NCBI GenBank assembly: GCA_964428325.1 | Contig: CAYRXU010000001.1 | Coordinates: 42,842 to 106,841 of the forward strand | Source: Candidatus Woesearchaeota archaeon | Lineage (GTDB): Archaea; Nanobdellota; Nanobdellia; Pacearchaeales; GW2011-AR1 | Reading direction: 5' to 3' | DNA length: 64,000 bases | Part shown: piece by piece, positions 60,302-64,000 of the stretch | Layout: every line of letters starts with the position of its first letter | Numbering within the stretch: position 1 is the first letter of the stretch | Made by a program: the position numbers and the translations under genes | The notes under the pieces: model-generated | Seen by the model: only the letters and a program-made list of their open reading frames with translations | Told to the model about the DNA's origin: nothing | Database searches by the model: none

Positions 60302-61098
60302 TGCGAAAGCGTTATAAAGAAATAGACGCATCTATCGTCATGGAAAAGAGAGGACAGGTTGCATTCTTCGTCATTCTCGCAGTTGTGATTGTTGGAGTGT
60401 TTGCGTTGCTTGTTGTCTATCCACGCATTAGCGTTTCTACTAACGAAGCAAACCCTTCTCAGTTCTTACGTGATTGTCTTGAACCTTCTATTGATGAAGT
60501 CTTGCCTGAGATTATGATGCATGGAGGATATAGACAACCTGCACCTTATGTGCTGTTCGAGGGAGAAAGAGTGCAGTATCTGTGTTATACTGCTGAAGAT
60601 TATCAGCCTTGTATAGTACAGCAGCCTTTGCTAGTAAATCATGTAGAGGGAGAGATAAAGCGTTCAATTGAGCCACGTGCGCGAGAGTGCATGCAAAACG
60701 TTGTAGAAATATATGAGGGTCAAGGCTATCAGGTTTCTGCTGCGGCCGTGACAGTCAATGTCTCTCTAGAGCCGCAAAAGATGGAGATATTTTTCGCGAC
60801 ACCTTTGACTCTTACACGTGAGGGCGCTCAAACGTTTAGAAGCGTTTCATTTACCAAGTCCAGCGAAGCTTATGACTTGCTGATGATTGCTACAAGCATA
60901 GTCGACTTTTCATCTACCTTAGGAGACTCTGAAACATTGAATTATATTCAGTTCTACCCTGATCTGAAAATAGAAAAACTCAAAAAGGAAGGAGATACGA
61001 TATACACATTAACAAACGTGGTGACTAACGAACAATTCAGATTTGCGACGCGAAGTCTTGTCTGGCCAGCAGGGTATTCAGAAGGGGCAGTTGCATGA
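60301..61098 (+). CDS. N-terminally anchored extracytoplasmic protein (module B partner; paralog of 55713)
   Basis: TM VAFFVILAVVIVGVFALLVV. ATG 60301 overlaps the stop of the giant gene (TAATG). The track start (60271) is an in-frame alternative. Confidence 0.45.
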   Translation: MRKRYKEIDASIVMEKRGQVAFFVILAVVIVGVFALLVVYPRISVSTNEANPSQFLRDCLEPSIDEVLPEIMMHGGYRQPAPYVLFEGERVQYLCYTAEDYQPCIVQQPLLVNHVEGEIKRSIEPRARECMQNVVEIYEGQGYQVSAAAVTVNVSLEPQKMEIFFATPLTLTREGAQTFRSVSFTKSSEAYDLLMIATSIVDFSSTLGDSETLNYIQFYPDLKIEKLKKEGDTIYTLTNVVTNEQFRFATRSLVWPAGYSEGAVA

Positions 61099-62609
61099 GA
61101 ATAACGTTACTCGTTATGATTGCATTTATTGCAGTAGCAAGTGTTTCTCTAGTAAGCGCAGCGGAAGCTACGGTATGTTGTGAAAGAACGACCAATGGAG
61201 CTTTATGCCAAAACGTTCCGGCAGCAGCATGTGACCCTTCTTCGCGACAAGTGCCAACAAGTTGCGAGTCAACATCATATTGTGGACTTGGAACGTGTTA
61301 CGACTCAAATGAAGGCACTTGTTTGGATAATACTCCCCAACTTGTGTGCCAGGCAAACGGAGGAGTTTGGAGTGCTGAGAGGCCAGCCCAATGCAATTTA
61401 GGATGTTGTGTGCTTGGAGATCAGGCTGCTTTTGTTTCCCTTGTGAGATGTAAAAAGCTCTCTGCCTCGCTCGGACTGAAGACAAACTATGACACGAGTA
61501 TAAACTCTGAGATCGCTTGTGTTGCACGCGTTCAGCAGCAAGATAGAGGTGCGTGCGTGTATGAGTTTGAATTCCAAAAGACATGCAAGTTCACAACAAG
61601 ATCGGAGTGTGCAGGATCAACATCAAGCCTTAACGGCAGTATTGGCCAAGGAACTTTTCATAAAGATAAGCTCTGTTCTGCTGAAGAGCTCGGTACGATT
61701 TGCGGACCTTCACAGAAGACAAGCTGCATGCCTGGAAAAGATGAAGTGTATTTCTTAGACACGTGTGGCAATCCTGCTAATATTTACGATGCGTCTAAAG
61801 CACGCGATAAAGAATATTGGACTAATGTAAAAACCAAGAGTGACAGCTGTAATCCCCTCGATCCAAACTCTCGCAGCGCAAGCTGTGGAAATTGTAATTA
61901 TCTCCTGGGGAGTGTCTGTAGGACCAGCACAGTAGGAACAAGACCAACTTATGGTAATGCTATTTGTGCCGATCTCTCTTGTGTGGATGAAGATGGCCAG
62001 AAGAGAAAGCACGGAGAGAGCTGGTGCTTGACAGATAGCGTCAGAAATGAAGAGAATAGTGTGGGCTCAAGATTCTTCAGGCGTATTTGCATGAACGGAG
62101 AGGTTGTTACTGAGCCATGTTCTGATTTCCGAAATGAAGAGTGTGTACAAGATAAAATAGAGACGAGCGCTGGAAGCTTCTCCCAGGCAGCGTGCAGGGT
62201 TAATAGATGGCAGGACTGCCTCGCACAAACTGAAAAGATTGACTGTGAGAACAGCGACAGAAGAGATTGTAAATGGAGAGAAGGAGTAACCTTAGGCAAT
62301 ACGACCATCAATGGAGTATGTACTCCTAAGACTGCACCAGGACTTAATTTCTGGAGCAGTGAAGAAAGCAAGGTTGTTTGCGGTGTGGGGAATAAGATAT
62401 GTGTTGTAAAATATGAGAAAGGATTATTTGGTGGAGAGTCGTGTGTCGACAATTGTGAATGTTTGACCCCTGGATGGGAGAAAGATTACGGGGAAGTATG
62501 CTCTTCTCTTGGTGACTGCGGTGCGAAAGTCAATTATGCAGGCAAGTTGGGACTTAAAGACGGAATACGCATTCTGATAGATGGAAAGAATGCCAGCTCA
62601 CAAAGATAG
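61095..62609 (+). CDS. Cysteine-rich secreted protein (module B; paralog of the N-terminal half of 56477)
   Basis: Signal peptide. Conserved blocks SCMPGKDEVYFLDTCGNPANIYD, ASCGNCNYLLGSVCR, AICADLSCVDEDGQKRKHGESWC. ATGA overlap with the upstream gene. Confidence 0.5.
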   Translation: MRITLLVMIAFIAVASVSLVSAAEATVCCERTTNGALCQNVPAAACDPSSRQVPTSCESTSYCGLGTCYDSNEGTCLDNTPQLVCQANGGVWSAERPAQCNLGCCVLGDQAAFVSLVRCKKLSASLGLKTNYDTSINSEIACVARVQQQDRGACVYEFEFQKTCKFTTRSECAGSTSSLNGSIGQGTFHKDKLCSAEELGTICGPSQKTSCMPGKDEVYFLDTCGNPANIYDASKARDKEYWTNVKTKSDSCNPLDPNSRSASCGNCNYLLGSVCRTSTVGTRPTYGNAICADLSCVDEDGQKRKHGESWCLTDSVRNEENSVGSRFFRRICMNGEVVTEPCSDFRNEECVQDKIETSAGSFSQAACRVNRWQDCLAQTEKIDCENSDRRDCKWREGVTLGNTTINGVCTPKTAPGLNFWSSEESKVVCGVGNKICVVKYEKGLFGGESCVDNCECLTPGWEKDYGEVCSSLGDCGAKVNYAGKLGLKDGIRILIDGKNASSQR

Positions 62610-62639
62610 TAGAAAAGCTAGACCTTAACATTAATCCCA

Positions 62640-63287
62640 TTACTGTCTGGATACAATCTCAAAAGTCCTGCTACTTACTGTATTACCATCAATTGTCCCG
62701 ACAACACGATAACTTCCAGGAGCAAAGTCGTTAGAGTTAAAGTTCAAACCGCTATCGAGCGCTGCACTCCCAGAGAAAGCACTGCCGTTTGAGTATACCT
62801 TTTTTCCATTTGAGTCGTAAATAGAGATATTGCATACGCTATTAGGTCTGTCTGGCGCGAAGAAATTTGTCCCGTCTGACTTTTTGAACCATCCGTCATT
62901 TTTTAATGCGGGGCCGGCAGGATTAACGAATGTAGCTGCCAAACCTATATTTCCGCCTTGAAAGAAGACTGCAGGATTGTCCCGCTTCTCTCCAGAAATA
63001 TCGGCCATTGAAAGAGATGTCGGGTCTCCGTCACGAGCAGCGTCTACTGAATCACATAAGAGAATAATGTTGGACAAAGATCTTGATCTTGGGGTGCTTG
63101 CCTGTCCCCTTTGATAATTTGCCACTTCATAATCATGCATAGCTGCTCCGAATATAGCTCCTGCGGCTGCCATGCGCGGATCGCGTTGCTGTAGTGAAGC
63201 ATATTGGATAGATGGGCCGCAGCCGTTTAGTAGAGTGCTTGCTCCTAGAATGCTGCCAAGACTTGCTGCAAACGTGCCTTTATTCAT
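62640..63287 (-). CDS. Secreted hypothetical protein
   Basis: Signal peptide. Contains a GWFKKSDGTNFFAP motif shared with the downstream plus-strand partial gene. Confidence 0.4.
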   Translation of the reverse strand: MNKGTFAASLGSILGASTLLNGCGPSIQYASLQQRDPRMAAAGAIFGAAMHDYEVANYQRGQASTPRSRSLSNIILLCDSVDAARDGDPTSLSMADISGEKRDNPAVFFQGGNIGLAATFVNPAGPALKNDGWFKKSDGTNFFAPDRPNSVCNISIYDSNGKKVYSNGSAFSGSAALDSGLNFNSNDFAPGSYRVVGTIDGNTVSSRTFEIVSRQ

Positions 63288-63420
63288 CTTTGGATTAATG
63301 CGAACATCTATATAAATGTTACCATTACTCTAAAGTGACATATATAATCAAAGTTTCCGACAGATTTAATTTCTCCGAGGAGCGCACAATATTTATAAGC
63401 AATCTCTCTGTTTAACAGGA

Positions 63421-64000
63421 ATGCAAAGAAAGAGGATGAGTAAGGTCTTACAGTATGTTGCATGTGGCGAAATAAGTTTTATTGTTCTTGCGACTTTTGC
63501 CGTCGCTATGATTCTTGCGCAGACGCACACGGTCAGTGCAAATCATATCCCTGGGCATACGGGAATGGGTCCGCCAGTAGACCTGGGAAAAGTCTCTTCC
63601 ACACAAAGCCCAACTCGATCATCAGGGTGGTTTCGTAACGCTGATGGATCAAACTATTTTGCACCCAAGGATGGGGCTGCTGCCTCAGCACCTGGAGCAG
63701 CAGGGAGTTCCGAAGGGCCCTTGAGTATAGTTAATGATATTTATAGCGGAAAGACTTTCGACGGTGGAATCGCAGGACATTTAGTCTCAGCGCTTGCCTG
63801 GGCTACAACTGCCTATCTTGCAGTCAAGTTCATTGCTCCTCTGTTTGGAGTCGATGAGAAAACGACTAACGCTCTCGCTGCTGCAGTAGGTCTGGGGGCT
63901 GGCCTTGGTCGTGCTACTTATTTTGCCATAGGCGAGGGTGGAAAAACGGTCTTTGGTTCCGCTGCGCAAACCGGTTTTGTTGTTGGTGTTGCAGTAGCAG
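63421..64000 (+). CDS. Secreted/membrane hypothetical protein (partial, runs off window end; not in ORF track)
   Basis: The frame is open from ATG 63421 to the window end: MQRKRMSKVLQYVACGEISFIVLATFAVAMILAQTHTVSA...SGWFRNADGSNYFAP...; Gly/Ala-rich hydrophobic C-terminal part. Confidence 0.4.
   Translation, partial: MQRKRMSKVLQYVACGEISFIVLATFAVAMILAQTHTVSANHIPGHTGMGPPVDLGKVSSTQSPTRSSGWFRNADGSNYFAPKDGAAASAPGAAGSSEGPLSIVNDIYSGKTFDGGIAGHLVSALAWATTAYLAVKFIAPLFGVDEKTTNALAAAVGLGAGLGRATYFAIGEGGKTVFGSAAQTGFVVGVAVA

Overview
This 64 kb window reads as a low-GC archaeal chromosome segment from a small-genome lineage. Two lines of evidence suggest a DPANN/Nanoarchaeota-like organism: a single-chain PriS–PriL-CTD primase fusion, and ribosomal proteins with lysine/glutamate-rich tails. 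Gene density is high, and many start and stop codons overlap in ATGA or TAATG arrangements. Part of the window is a conserved information-processing core. On the minus strand are FttA/aCPSF1, proteasome beta, Rad50–Mre11, an Mtq2-like methyltransferase and RNase J. The plus strand carries a fused super-operon: Pop5, proteasome alpha, SBDS, Rrp4, Rrp41, Rrp42, RpoK, enolase and uS2. Further on are an S19e–L39e–L31e ribosomal protein cluster, Cbf5, TrmY, class II LysRS, a histone, Hjc, TrxB, the PriS fusion primase and PCNA. The RNA genes are a 16S–tRNA-Ala–23S operon, flanked by perfect 17–18 bp processing-stem inverted repeats and carrying two ORF-less ~310 nt introns in the 23S gene. There is also a tRNA-Phe and a strong RNase P RNA candidate in a stretch the ORF track fills with spurious ORFs. 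The rest of the window is accessory. It comprises several clusters of secreted or surface proteins: GLUG-like, tandem-repeat, pilin-like, poly-Gly-linker and cysteine-rich membrane-anchored proteins. The most unusual is a tightly coupled five-gene operon at 55577–62609: a ribbon-helix-helix regulator followed by two copies of a module made of a transmembrane protein and a large cysteine-rich secreted protein. Other points of note are a bacterial-type CsrA-like gene sitting in the S19e–L39e slot, and a U7 slippery tract at the junction of two surface-protein genes that a -1 frameshift would fuse. There is also a secreted SNase–LTD nuclease. No CRISPR array or obvious mobile element was seen.
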